From Macrostomum lignano (lineage: Eukaryota): a DNA stretch of 64,000 bases. The notes under the pieces were generated by a model that worked only from the letters and a program-made list of their open reading frames with translations, was not told the origin of the DNA and did no database searches. The translations under genes and the position numbers were made by a program. The stretch spans positions 62,001 through 126,000 of the forward strand of contig NIVC01000585.1 of assembly GCA_002269645.1 (NCBI GenBank), written 5' to 3'. Below, in pieces: positions 1 through 12,093 of this stretch (position 1 is its first letter; each line of letters begins with the position of its first letter).

Positions 1-2019
1 CATTAATGTTGGAATGATGGGGGAACGAATTTTTTTTATAGTTTTGTAAAATTGTTATGAAATATTTTACTATTACTAAAATAGAAACTTATATACTGTT
101 TTTGTTTGATATTTTTAAGATAATATAAACAATTAATAGATACATAATTTAGGACAACAAAAACCATAGCTATTATAGGATTTATACCAGCCTAATCTTT
201 TTTTTCTGTTTTTTAAACCTAATATATGAGCTAAATAAAAATTAAGTTAAACTACAAGGAGATAAAAAATAACTGTTTAGAAATTTAGTCATGGGAAAAA
301 TAATTTTGCTTAGGTTTAATACCTTTGATTTTTTGGCAGAAGGCTAAATTATTATTATAGGAGCCAAATATAGACATTCTAAAACACATCACATGTATAT
401 ATTTTACTTGGAAATATTATTTAGTTGCTAATAGCAATTTAATTAGATTAGAATTGACATACATACATGTACAATTAAATTGGTGACACAGCATTGAGAA
501 AAATATTGTTATTTCAGTTTGTTTAAAACTCTCACGATTAGACTTACAACAAGTAATTTTCGATCTTTCGGACTGCGCAGATCATTATTTATTATGAGTG
601 CGAATGAGTAGCGGGTAATAATTATATTAATCAATGATATAAAGAAGTGCTAAGAGCTTGGAATCAAACTGCAATAAACGACACTCAATTGTTTAATATC
701 ATAGCTTAAAGAGTTATTTGTAAGATTGCGATTGTAGTTAGTTAGCCACCAACCAACCAAGAAGTATACGGCAAAAGCAAAATGATTACAACTGACCGGA
801 ATCTGGGCTAGCTTAATTAAATACTCTCAATACCCACGTTGATTACTGAAAAGGACTCAGTTAAAAATATTATAAATATTATGAAATAAAATCTTAAGGA
901 CACAAAATTAAAGTTTTAAAGAGAAATTTTTATTACAATATTGTTTTCATTTCTGCTTATTTCAACTTAAGAGCATTCAACTTTGTTAAAATCTACAATT
1001 GTACAACGAAGTCAACCTTAAGTCCTATTCAACCTTGAGTCCTTATTAAGTCCTAGTTAGAATGCATCTGATTTTCAGGAAAAATTGCACAAAAGATTAT
1101 AAAACAATGAAATAACTTTTCTAACAAACTTTTCATACAACATTCCTTTTAACCTAAGTTCTAGCTCACAAAATCACAATAGTAGCGCGCGTATTTGGGT
1201 AGGGAACGATTGAAAAAAAAGAAGGCGCGGAGCGAGTCGCGGGTAGAAGTAAAAAGCGGAATAGAATTTATTGAACGGAGAGCGGAGGGAGACGGAGGAA
1301 GAATATGCAGCTGTCCTATTTTGGACCCCATGAAGAAGCTGAAGTACATTTGAAGTTCCACGCCTTCATCAGAAGATTGCCGATCATCATGCATCCGAGC
1401 ACCACAAGCAGCTATAGTATATATATATATATAGTTAAGAGTGTATCGAGAGAGCGTGCGAAAATGCGGACGTCATTACGGTGTCAATTTGATATTGAAA
1501 CATTTAAATTTAAATAAGTGCAAAATCTAACCTTGTCACCAATCCAGTAGTCTCCATAGCGTCCCTCACCAAACTTAACTCGATCGCTCGGTCGTTTACA
1601 GTATTAAAATCAAAACTGCCCGCAGCTCAATGGAGTTCTGGGTAATAAAAAAAATCGTGCATGAGCACACTTTTTGCATGCTAATCTTGTCAGGGTTTAT
1701 ATAGTCTATTTAGTGATCATTATTTATTGACTGGTGCATTGGCAATTCAATTGGTAAGTGTATGCATATAAGTATGCATAAGTGTGCAAACTCTAGCAAT
1801 TCATCACTTCGCTTGAAGTGATAATATTGATTTCTTGACTTGATGCAAGTAATGAAAAGTACAGTTATTAAGAGGGTAAACTTTAAGTAAATATTGCCTC
1901 AGCCATTAATACTGCTGCATTTCGTCGAGCAAAGTTTTCTCGACTTCAAAGGTTTGTTCAACGAGCTTCCAATAAAGTATCTTTAAGACAGTAATATTCT
2001 GCACAAAGTTGTTACGCTG

Positions 2020-2604
2020 TTACAGAACCAGCATCTCAACCTCATTAGAGATCGAGTACATGTATTTAAAACCGAAGCCATGTGACCAAACGATGCCCTG
2101 GGCATAAGCAGCAGCAAGCCAAGTTTTTTTACTGTCCGTTCAAGTGAGCGTTGAAGCAAGATGCGATCGGGACCACAAGGCCCCAAGGTACGCCGTTGCA
2201 CAGTGGATACCTTAGTGGCGTCCTTCGTACTGAGCTGCATATGTCGTTGTCTACTGTAGAAGCCGGACACGCCCAGCCGGACCCACGGAGACACTGGAGT
2301 ACTCAGCCCAGTGCTCAGAGTCGTTCCACGTCTTCATCAGGATCCTCAGCTTCCGAGGACCAGAAGAGTGAGAGCGTGGAGAGAGTTCAGGCCTGGGAAG
2401 ATGCGGACGTCATGGCGGTGTTTGTCATTGAAGTCCGAGTTGGAAAAGGAAGCGAATGGAGCAGATCTGGGATGCACTCACCGATCCAGTAGTTTTCGTC
2501 AGGTCCCCCGCCGAACGCGCTCTGGTACTGAGTCCAGTTGCGGTAAAAGTCCACTGAGCCGGAATCCTGTGCTGCACGGTGGTCCAGCAGTCACTGTCGG
2601 CTGT
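2020..2604 (-). pseudogene. Fibrinogen-related domain (FReD/ficolin-like) gene, disrupted
   Basis: Reading across frameshifts gives the FReD motifs in order: [32 protein letters not shown] (exon 2604-2482, GT-AG intron 2481-2393), [81 protein letters not shown]-stop (2020-2022). Several frameshifts and an in-frame TAA where Tyr is expected. Confidence 0.8.
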
Positions 2605-3902
2605 CTGCAAGGTGACGCAGGTTTTCACATGAAACAATGGGTTTTTTCCATACGAGTGACTCAATCACACTCACTGAGCTCCCTTGTTCTCATTGCGGCA
2701 CTTCCTGCAGTGGTTCAGACTCAGGAAAACACCTGAAGTGAGCCCACAGGCCGGAGCTGGCGGTGAACGACACCCTGAAGTCGGAGAGATTTTGTTGCGA
2801 ATCGCCCGGCCGCCACTTTGTCTCTGATTAAGTCGCGTCGCAACCAGAGAGTTTGATTGCAGCATCAAACGAGAGAGAGATTCTACATGAAGGTGTAAGA
2901 GACGATTACAAGAAATGATCTCTTTTGCAGTATCTCCTGAGCAACCAAGTTGAGATCATAATTGTTATGCATGGTTTGCTAAGGCCTCAGGATTGGGAGC
3001 ACGAGAATTGCCAGCGAGCGAATTACCCGCCGAGTAGCAAAATGCGCTGCAGGAAAAAAGCATTGCGGGAAAACCTCAGCGGGCAATTCACTCGCGGGAA
3101 AATTCTCATGGACCCCTCAGATGGATTCTCTGGGATATTCTGGGATATTCTCTGGGAGCGGCCTTCTCGTCCCATTTTCTTAGCAACAACAGCAGCTGAG
3201 GGGATGATATTTTTGACAAGGTCTTTTTAGGTCTAAGTAAACTTAGATTCACATCAGTCGTGTGGAAAATTTCTATTCTGTACGGCTTAGGTCTGAGCAT
3301 TTCAAAATTTCAGCCTCAGGGATCCCGCGAACTGAAAAGGGAATGTCTACTCGCTTGAACGGACCGAGAGTCACGGGTAGTCAGAGAGATGAAGCATGAA
3401 GCCATTGGAAGGGAGAGGGCGGAGAGAGGTCTAGCGGAGAGCGGAAAAGACCCGAGCTTCTGAGTAATGCCATCTTCGCAGCAAATTCATCTATCACAAA
3501 TTAGAAAAAAATCATCTTGTGTGTTGCTGTCTATATTCTGCTACCCAATTCTGCATGCTAGCTGTGAAAGAGATGGAAGCTGGGTATACTCAAGTAGTTA
3601 GCTCGCACTGCTCATGCACACTTCAGAGCATTTCAGGCCGACTACCCGCGTGTCCTAGCAACATTGTGCGGCAAGTAGCCGAATCTCATCACAGAGAATC
3701 GCTCCCACTACTGCACTCGCACTCGAAGACAATGCGGGAAAGAAAACTGGAGACTGGAGCTGAGTAGGTGGCCGGCCATAAAAACTCGAATGTGCATTGA
3801 AAGCAACTGTGCGCACCGCATCTCATAAACTCTCAGCCTCTCGGGCTCTACACCGCTCAGAGACTGAAACGCGGTTTCCAACCGCAAACCGCAGTTGCCG
3901 GC

Positions 3903-4523
3903 ATGATCAACAACGGTCACGCTTCCGGCGCTCAACCCGAGGCGGCGACGGCGCCGCGTCAGCGCCCGCTCCGGTCGCGCTGCGTCTCGCCGCGCCTCGT
4001 CCTGTCCTCGATTCTGGCCTTTCTAGTGCTCCTGCTCATCCCCTTTTCCGTAGTTGAAATCGTGATTGGCGCCCAGTTCTGGGACTCCTGCCCCATAGAG
4101 CGGCTGGTGCCCATCTACCTGGTGTTCAGCGGCTGCCTGGGCCTGGCGCTCTGCTCTCTGTGCGTTGTGAACTTCACGACCGTGTTTGGCTACTGCAGGA
4201 ACCGCTGCTGCGTCAGCTCGAAGGAGTGGCGAGTCGGCGCCACCGTCTGCTTGGCCATCATGAACTGCATGTGGCTCGTGTGCGGCTTCGGCTTTGTCTA
4301 CAAGGCGGACGCGCTGCACCTGACGGACGATGTAACTTCGCTGACGAGCACCCTGCCCAGCCATGTCTATCAGTACTGCAACAACAACCTGCTGGACTTC
4401 TCCAAGGCGGCGCTGTACGTTCGCACCGTCTTCCTGGTTTGCCTGCTGGCGGCAAAGCAGGTGATGTACTTTGACCAGGCCGACCTGGAGAAGAGAGGCG
4501 CCAGCAAGCCGCTGCTGTCCTGA
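3903..4523 (+). CDS. TMEM272: TMEM272-like multi-pass membrane protein, 206 aa, single exon
   Basis: Intact ATG-to-stop ORF with about 4 hydrophobic segments and the IGAQFWDSCPIERLVPIYLVFSG motif typical of this family. Confidence 0.65.
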   Translation: MINNGHASGAQPEAATAPRQRPLRSRCVSPRLVLSSILAFLVLLLIPFSVVEIVIGAQFWDSCPIERLVPIYLVFSGCLGLALCSLCVVNFTTVFGYCRNRCCVSSKEWRVGATVCLAIMNCMWLVCGFGFVYKADALHLTDDVTSLTSTLPSHVYQYCNNNLLDFSKAALYVRTVFLVCLLAAKQVMYFDQADLEKRGASKPLLS

Positions 4524-5348
4524 TGATCCGCGCTGTCCAGGACCCATGAACTCCGATTGCGGCATTTGAAACTGGGACTTGTACCCACTCGTGTTTATCA
4601 TACTCCAATGTACTGCTAACTGATTCACTTTTTTATGTGCTTGCGAGCTAAAATTCCATTTTAAAAACTGTGAAGATGGTTACGCGGGTTGCTCATGGAG
4701 GTTGAGGCTTTTCCAGTTATGCTTATGAAGAGCTGAGGCCTTCCCGTTACTCACGAAGGGGCTTAGCTCTACTGTTTGCACTGAGACAATCAGAGAACAA
4801 TGTTGAACTGTCAATCCTAAAGTGTCGATAAGAGGTCAAATTGTACTTTAAGCTGTACGCTTGAAACAGTAAGAGACTTTTCGCTTCTGTTTATGGCTAT
4901 CGCAAACAATTTTTAAGTGTAAATTTCCTCGAAAACAGTAAAATTTCAGACGCCGTTACTTTGTTTTTAACAATAAAAATTGATTAAAAATACTTGATTT
5001 CTCTACTTTCGCCAAAATTGTAATAGCCTTTTATTTTCAACATGTTCCTTTTTATTTAACTCCTTGTCTCGCTTGCATCAAAGTTCTACCCTTGACCTTC
5101 TCTTTGTACATGAGAGGACAAGTCTTTTATTTGTGTGGTTCAGTAGCATATTAACATACAATGTCTAGCTACTTTTAGTAGTAAAGCAAAAACTGGCGGA
5201 TTGGCCACTCGGACACAGCCAATTGCTGGAGGCTTCATAGAGCTCGATAAAAACCGAATTCACATTAACTGACTCACCACCACTTACAAGCGTTAGTAAG
5301 AACTTTACTGACCAGCGCAGAGCCCAGAGACTCATTGCTGCAGTCCTG

Positions 5349-8300
5349 ATGCAGGCCTCCGACTCCGACTTGACAAAGGAGCACAGGAACGGATCAGAAC
5401 CAACCAACGACAGAATCCTTGAAGCTGTGATCACCGAGGGCTTGCCAACCATCGCTAGATACCCTGAAAAGCCGTTAAACAAAGACCGGCTGATTGACAA
5501 AAACGGCGAAGATACTTCTCCTTTGCACTTGGCGTGCCTGCTTGGAAAGCACAGTATTGTCGAAATGTTCCTAAAACATCAAATCAACGTGAATATTCGG
5601 AATTCGAGTGGCTGCTCACCGCTCTTAATCGCAGCGCACACAAATAATCAAGTCGTGGACTCACTCATCAAAGCTCAAGCAGACGTCAATCTTCAAGAAA
5701 TCAATGGCTGCTCACCGCTGTACATGGCATCGCAGAACGGTCACGTCAAAGTCGTCGAGTCCCTCATCAAGGCTCAAGCCGACGTCAATCTTCAGGACAT
5801 CAATGGTTGCTCTCCGCTCTACAAAGCATCACAGAACGGTCATCAGCAAGTTGTCGATCTGCTAATCAAAGCACAGGCTGACGTTAATCTTCAACAGCAC
5901 GAGGGCAGCTCACCTCTCCACATAGCATCTCAGTAGAACCATACCAAAGTCATTACATTACTCATAAAAGCACAGGCTGACGTTAATACGCAAAGAAGGA
6001 CTGGCTTATCACCCCTATACCTTGCATCGCAGAATGGCCATTGGAAAATCGTTGAACTACTCATTGAAGCACAAGCTAGCGTCAATCTTCAAGAGCAGCA
6101 TTATGGCTCTTCACCGCTTTATATTGCGGCACAAAATGGACATCAGCAAGTAGTCAACGCACTGATCAAAGCGCGAGCTGATGTCGACTTTCAACAAAAC
6201 ATTGGCTCGACACCACTGCATATAGCATCAGAGAATGGCCACCTGCACATCGTAGACTCGCTTATCAAAGCTCAAGCAGACGTCAATCTTCAAAGAAGCA
6301 CGGGATCGTCTCCACTCTACATCGCACCCGAGAATGGGCATCCGCAAGTCGTCGAGTTGCTTATCGAAGCTCAAGCTGATGTGAACAGTCAAGAAGCGGA
6401 TGGCTCCACACCACTCTACATTGCATCTCAAAATGGTCACCATAAAATTGTCGTTTCACTCATTACAGCTCAAACCGACATCAATTCACAAGAAAATGTC
6501 TACGGCTCCACACCACTAAGCATTGCATCATCGAATGGTCACCACACAGTTGTAGACTCACTCATCAAAGCTCAAGCCAACGCCAATCTTCAAGAATTCG
6601 ATGGCTTACTTATCAAGGCGCAAGCCAGCGTCAACCATCAAGATATTGATGGCTGCTCGCCTCTCTACATCGCTTCACAGAACGGTCACAAGCACATCGT
6701 CAATTTGCTCATCAAAGCGCAAGCCGACGTCAACCTTCAACGACACAATGGAACCTCTCCCATCCGTATAGCGTCACAAAGAGGTCATCAAGAAATCGTG
6801 GACCTGCTAATTAAATCAGATGCAGATTCCAGTAATTTACTCGAGCGGTCAAACTTCATCAACAAGCAACAGGCAAATGAAGTAGGTCATGTTTTATAGA
6901 AACGTTTTCATGTGCTACTCATTCACATATTTATTCACAGCATCCAATTTAGACTGGAAGTACTACTTAATTAGATAAACAATTAATTTGGTAATTTATA
7001 GGGTAAATGTAATTAATATGACAGTCAATGACTATAAGAACTATTATCTTTAATTTTGTTTCAGTGCACTTCGAGCGGGCCACAGCTGAGCTGTCAGTCA
7101 GTCAGGATTCGTGGAATCCAGAGCTTCTTTACAGACAGCAGCTGCTGATGTCCTGCAGGAGATGCTGAGGCTACGTCTTCAGGACGAGGATCGTTTCATT
7201 GTCGGCAGCTACTCAGAAGGCTGGGGAAACAGTTTGAAAACTTTGAATGGCAAAATTGACGAAGAGTCCGACATTGATGTGATGAAGTTGATTCCAGGCT
7301 AAGTTTATCATGCTAGAGACCTGTGCAACTGCAGCGAGAGTTCTGTCCGGTATGATGCTGCACAATGGTCATATCCAGTGCCCTGGATTTGGTGAGTTCT
7401 TTCTGCAACTTGTCATGTTTTTCACAAGCAAATATGCAAACAGAATATTTATTATTTTTCAAAAAAGCAAGTAACTGTTGCGACATGCCAATATCACTCT
7501 CCTATTAAGCATCGAATCCTGCCAAGCCGGCACCTGGGTTCCCAGTGAGACCGGCACTGGACGATGTCACCGCTGGCCGCCTCTGTCGCTACCCGCCCAT
7601 CGCGCCTCTCCAGCCCCCTCGAATCTCCCGATCGAACATCCCGAAGCCGGTGCTGCAGGCCCTCCAGAAGGTTGTCGACTCTGACTCAACGCCCTGTCAC
7701 GTGATGCACGCAGCCTCTCCTGGTCGAGGAGGCCAGGAGCTCCGTGTGAGCACCAGCTTCCTGGAGAAGCGGATGCTCAGAAGTCTCACTACTCTCCAAG
7801 GCCAGCTGTTCGTCACTCTCAAGTACCTGGTCAAGAAGGTCATCTGCAGCAAGGACGGCTTCAACCAGCAAGGCTTTAAATCGTACCATGTGAAGTCCAT
7901 CACGTTTCGAATGGTGGAGGAGACGCCGATCGAGCAGTGGAAGCCGGAAAACCTCGTGAGTCTTGTGAGGAGGTCTCTGCAGATGCTGCTTGGCTGTGTG
8001 GAGAGCAGTCGCTCGCCCGACAATGCTCACGGCCGGATCATGGAGCACTTCTTCCTGTGCGACATCGCTGTGTACCTCAAGGGTGCAGTGGGGAAAGACG
8101 GAAGCATGGGCCAGACTCTGGGCAGCATCGCGAGCACACTGAGAACAGTGATTGATCGGCTGCCTCAGCTGCTGCAGCAGTTCATGAGCAGTCTGAGACC
8201 CGTGAGCGGCTCAGGAATATTCTACTTCCACCCGTTCCAAATCCTGCCTGATTTGAGACCAAGAGCGCCGCTGCCTCAGCCTGACAGTCTGGAGTACCAC

Positions 8301-8789
8301 GAGATCTACGACGTGGTGAGGGAGTGTCTGGTGCGTCTCTCTTGCACCAGAGGCATCGCTTGGTCCGCTGAGAAGTCGGCGACCGAGGCGACCAGGGAGT
8401 TCGTGTGGCGGCATCTGAGGAGCCAGGACTCTGCGTGGAAGTTCTGCTTTGAGCTTGACAACCAAACAAAGCTATCGTTTTTGACCGGGGCTCTCAACGA
8501 GTGCTTTCCGCTGAGGCTATCAAGCAGCACGAATCACCACTACGTAAACTTCGATGCTCTGCTGTGGGCCCTGCAACTTGAGCTGAAAACTGGCGGCGTT
8601 GCGTGCGCCCAAGATTGTATCCGCGATGTTGTTGAGCGGGAAGATGTCGATCAACAGGAGTTGCTGGTGGGCGCTTGGTATTGCTCGCGCATCAAACTGT
8701 CTTTGGATATTCTGAATAGATTTGAGAAGCTGAGGTTAGGCCTTCCCGACTGGCTGAAGCTGGAGGTCGGTAAGAAACTGACCTCCTGA
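5349..8789 (+). pseudogene. Ankyrin-repeat plus cGAS-like/Mab-21 nucleotidyltransferase (cGLR) gene, disrupted
   Basis: About 13 full and 1 partial ankyrin repeats in one frame (5349-6881) with an in-frame TAG at 5934-5936. After an intron comes the NTase motif FIVGSYSEG..SDIDVM (7111-7299), with TGA 7087-7089, TAA 7300-7302 and a +1 shift near 7363. A phase-1 GT-AG intron (7392-7509) joins NGHIQCPGF to ASNPAKPAPGFPVRPALDDV. The Mab-21 C-lobe motifs follow (ELRVSTSFLEK, FKSYHVKSITF, WKPENL, MEHFFL), then a helical C-terminal domain. Confidence 0.85.
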
Positions 8790-9067
8790 CTGGCTGAAGC
8801 TGGAGGTCGGTAAGAAACTGACCTCCTGACTGGCTGAAGCTGGAGGTCGGTAAGAAACTGACCTCCTGACTGGCTGAAGCTGGAGGTCGGTAAGAAACTG
8901 ACCTCCTGACTGGCTGAAGCTGGAGGTCGGTAAGAAACTGACCTCCTGACTGGCTGAAGCTGGAGGTCGGTAAGAAACTGACCTCCTGACTGGCTGAAGC
9001 TGGAGGTCGGTAAGAAACTGACCTCCTGACTGGCTGAAGCTGGAGGTCGGTAAGAAACTGACCTCCT
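8748..9067 (+). repeat. 40-bp tandem repeat, 8 copies, derived from the 3' end of the cGLR coding sequence
   Basis: Unit GACTGGCTGAAGCTGGAGGTCGGTAAGAAACTGACCTCCT; 320 bp equals 8 exact units; the first unit encodes DWLKLEVGKKLTS. Confidence 0.95.
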
Positions 9068-11419
9068 GGAAGCAAAGTGAACCGAAGACGGGTTCCAAGG
9101 TCATCAACTGAGATCTTTGATTGAACTGGAAGTGAGGATCGTGTGTGCTTTTGCGCAAATAATACCCAGAGGTTGTCAAGGACTAGTGTGAAATAGGTAA
9201 TAAGCTATACTGAGACGGTTTAATTTGACGCTAATAGAATTCAGCCCAAATGATCTGTTAGCTTGCCAACAAAGACTTAAATGTCATTTGTTATAATACG
9301 CAACTTTTCACCCACTGCAAAAAGCAAGGCGATAGCCTACAGCCTCGCTTAGCTGTCCACAAAAAGCCTACTTAAATCATCTCAGTACAGTACGGTCAGT
9401 ACAGTACAGCGGACTGCAGCTTATAGGTACATGTACTTGTTGGTTTTGCTCCGCCGTCCTGCTGCAGGTTTTTGTGAGAAATTTGGCGTCTGTAAGAAAG
9501 TTATGACTTACGTGTATGATATCTCGGTTTTCATTTAGATTTGCATTTACCCCGGGAAACCTGCCGCAGCAGGAAGGCAGCATGGCCATGTACATGTAGC
9601 TAGTCAATCAGTTTGCGCAGCAGATTGCTGACTGCGATGGAGACCGTTGCAACCTGCAATTGAGTAAAAGTAGCAGCCTCCGGATGGAGTTGGCTTCAGA
9701 GCGGTCATAGGTGCCCGAGGGACGGAGTCTGGATACAGTTCTAAGCAGACCAGAGGAGCAGCAGCTGAAAAGCGTATCAAATTCCGCATAGTTGTCCTTC
9801 GATCCTCATCCGGAAATCTGCCTTACCAAACTATTTTAATTTCCTAATTAACTCATAACTTCCTAAGTTGGCACACATAGAAGAGTAGCCAGGCCCGAGC
9901 CCGTACATACTCTGAACATTCTGTTTGATTGCTACACTGCATGATGAGTTTGAACAGCCCCATTAGTGCTCCTTCTGTATGGAATTATAGATTTGTCATT
10001 GATGAGCTAAACTACATGTATGCATCTAGAAAAACATGCATGTTTCAAATCCAAAGCTATGCCCGATCCCGTAACTTTTTTCAAGAAATTTTTTAAAACC
10101 GGAAATTTGTTTTTAGCTTTTTAGGTGTGTTGCGTAAAATCTTTACATAATTAATAAAGAGATGACAGAAGATTATTACTTCTTAGAAGTTATTAACGTT
10201 AGAAAACGTTTCTAGATTGTTTTTCGCTTCCGTTTTTTGGTTTTGGAAATAATTAGAATTATCCTGGTTCTGGAGATAATTATTGTCAAAATTCCCAATG
10301 GGCAGATAAAATTGATCTAGTTCCAGTGAGAATATGGGGAGTTATTGCTTTTAAAACTATTATACAAAAAAACTAACATTCTGACAATTTTTTTATTTAG
10401 ACTGATTAGATTTTTGTCTAAAAATTTTGTAAAGATTGTTTTACTTTGTACTGCTTCAATGGAAACAAAAATTCAGTGTTTATTCTTTCCGTCATTTATT
10501 ATCGTAATATATTCCGTCCGTCATATATTATCGTAATATAGGTGTACTTCCATGCACCAGGCTATCCAGCTGGTGGATATTAATATAATAATTCTGAATT
10601 ATGACAGATCATAAGTCAATTTCAGTCATCACGCAGTGTATAAGAGGTCCATCGGCCATAAAAACAACAACGCATTGTCATCGAAAGCCAAAGCCTGGAA
10701 AGAATGGAACTGAAGCAACTGCAACCGATTCAAGACAGGCAAAAACGGATGAAGCCACATTCACTGGAAAAACTGTCGAAGAGCTTTTAAGTTTTACCAA
10801 TGGAGATCTTTTAAAGGTATGATTTGACACACATTTGTGGGCTGAAAAAGTTAAAATTCTACGATTAATCCTCTATCTTTATACATTAGCCCAAAATAAT
10901 AACTATACCAAGCACAGCTGAACTTCCACATCTGCAACAACTATCATTATTTGCTTATTTTCGCTAAAATTAAACTGATTTTATCTTATTCTATACATTG
11001 GTTTCATAACATTCGAATAATGTTTTTTAGATATGCAAACTTTTTGTTATTTAATAGGAATATTTTGCAAGTGTTTGCTGGTAAATTATGATGTTTTTAC
11101 AGTAATCTAAATGCACATACTATGCCAAAAAAAATAATTTTTTTGAAAATTTATAGCATTCTTTATTTTGTAAATATTTTAAACTTTTTTACTTTTAGCA
11201 GCCCCAATCTTTAAATGTTATAAATTTTCATTTTCATGTTGTTCATTTTGTTTGTTTCAAAAACATTTTTTAATTGAATCAATTAACTTTGTAACAATAG
11301 ATTAGACAGTTTAATCAAAAAATATAATTTTTCCATATAATCAATCGCAGCTGGTGTTAAAGTTGTTAAGTCTTTAAGTTCAAAAGTTTTAATACAATTC
11401 TAATATAAAAATAATTTAA

Positions 11420-11786
11420 TCTATCTAATCTTCTAAATATACTAAATCTCTAATATTTGTTTGTTTGTTTGTATGTTTGTCCATAACGCTCTAGAGATTG
11501 CAATTCTTCACCGATTTTGATCGCGTTTTCACCAAAAGATTCAAAATTGTCTGGAAAGAAGACAGTTAAAATTTCTTGTATCTGCTTCAATGCTAAAGGG
11601 ATTAAATATTCGAAAAACTGTTTCAAATGGGCTTTTTCAATGCAAAATTCTATCAGCGAGAAACTTCACAGCCAATTTTAATGATTGCGCCAGAGCCAAC
11701 TGATAAGAAAACTCACTGGGCCCCACTTAAAGGGGGGGGGCAATAAAAATTATTCTGGCTGCTGGCAGCCAGCTCTAATTAGCTAG
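11420..11786 (+). mobile_element. Non-autonomous Helitron, 367 bp
   Basis: Starts TC after A (11419) and ends CTAG before T (11787). An 8-bp-stem hairpin CTGGCTGC-TG-GCAGCCAG (11755-11772) lies 10 nt before the CTAG. A (TTTG)n tract is near the 5' end; no TSD. Confidence 0.8.
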
Positions 11787-12093
11787 TATATATACTAAAA
11801 TTTTTCTTGCCTCGAATTTTTTACAAGATCTTGACCAGCGTCCAATTGACTTTAATTTATTATTTTTTAAATGATCAGTGATAAAAACACATTGATTATG
11901 TAATTGGCTATGCTTATTGATACTTTTCACTTTGAATGACAATAAATTACTCAATTCTTTTAATAAAGTCCTAAGATAGGCCATGAATATTAATGCAAAT
12001 TAAACTAAATTCTGCACACAATTCTCACAAAATTTTCTAGCTTTTTTGTTTTAATTTGTTACATTGGCTACTGGTGCATCCTCCCTCCCCCAG

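Noticed and set aside
1-480. Possible mitochondrial insertion (very AT-rich, weak ND2-like words)
   Set aside because: No continuous frame or diagnostic motif could be established by eye. A BLASTn against the mitochondrial genome would decide it.
10601-10816. Candidate first exon of the FAM161A-like gene (phase-0 GTATGA donor matches the 12094 acceptor)
   Set aside because: The composition is AT-rich, unlike the other exons, and there is no family motif. Phase match alone is weak evidence.
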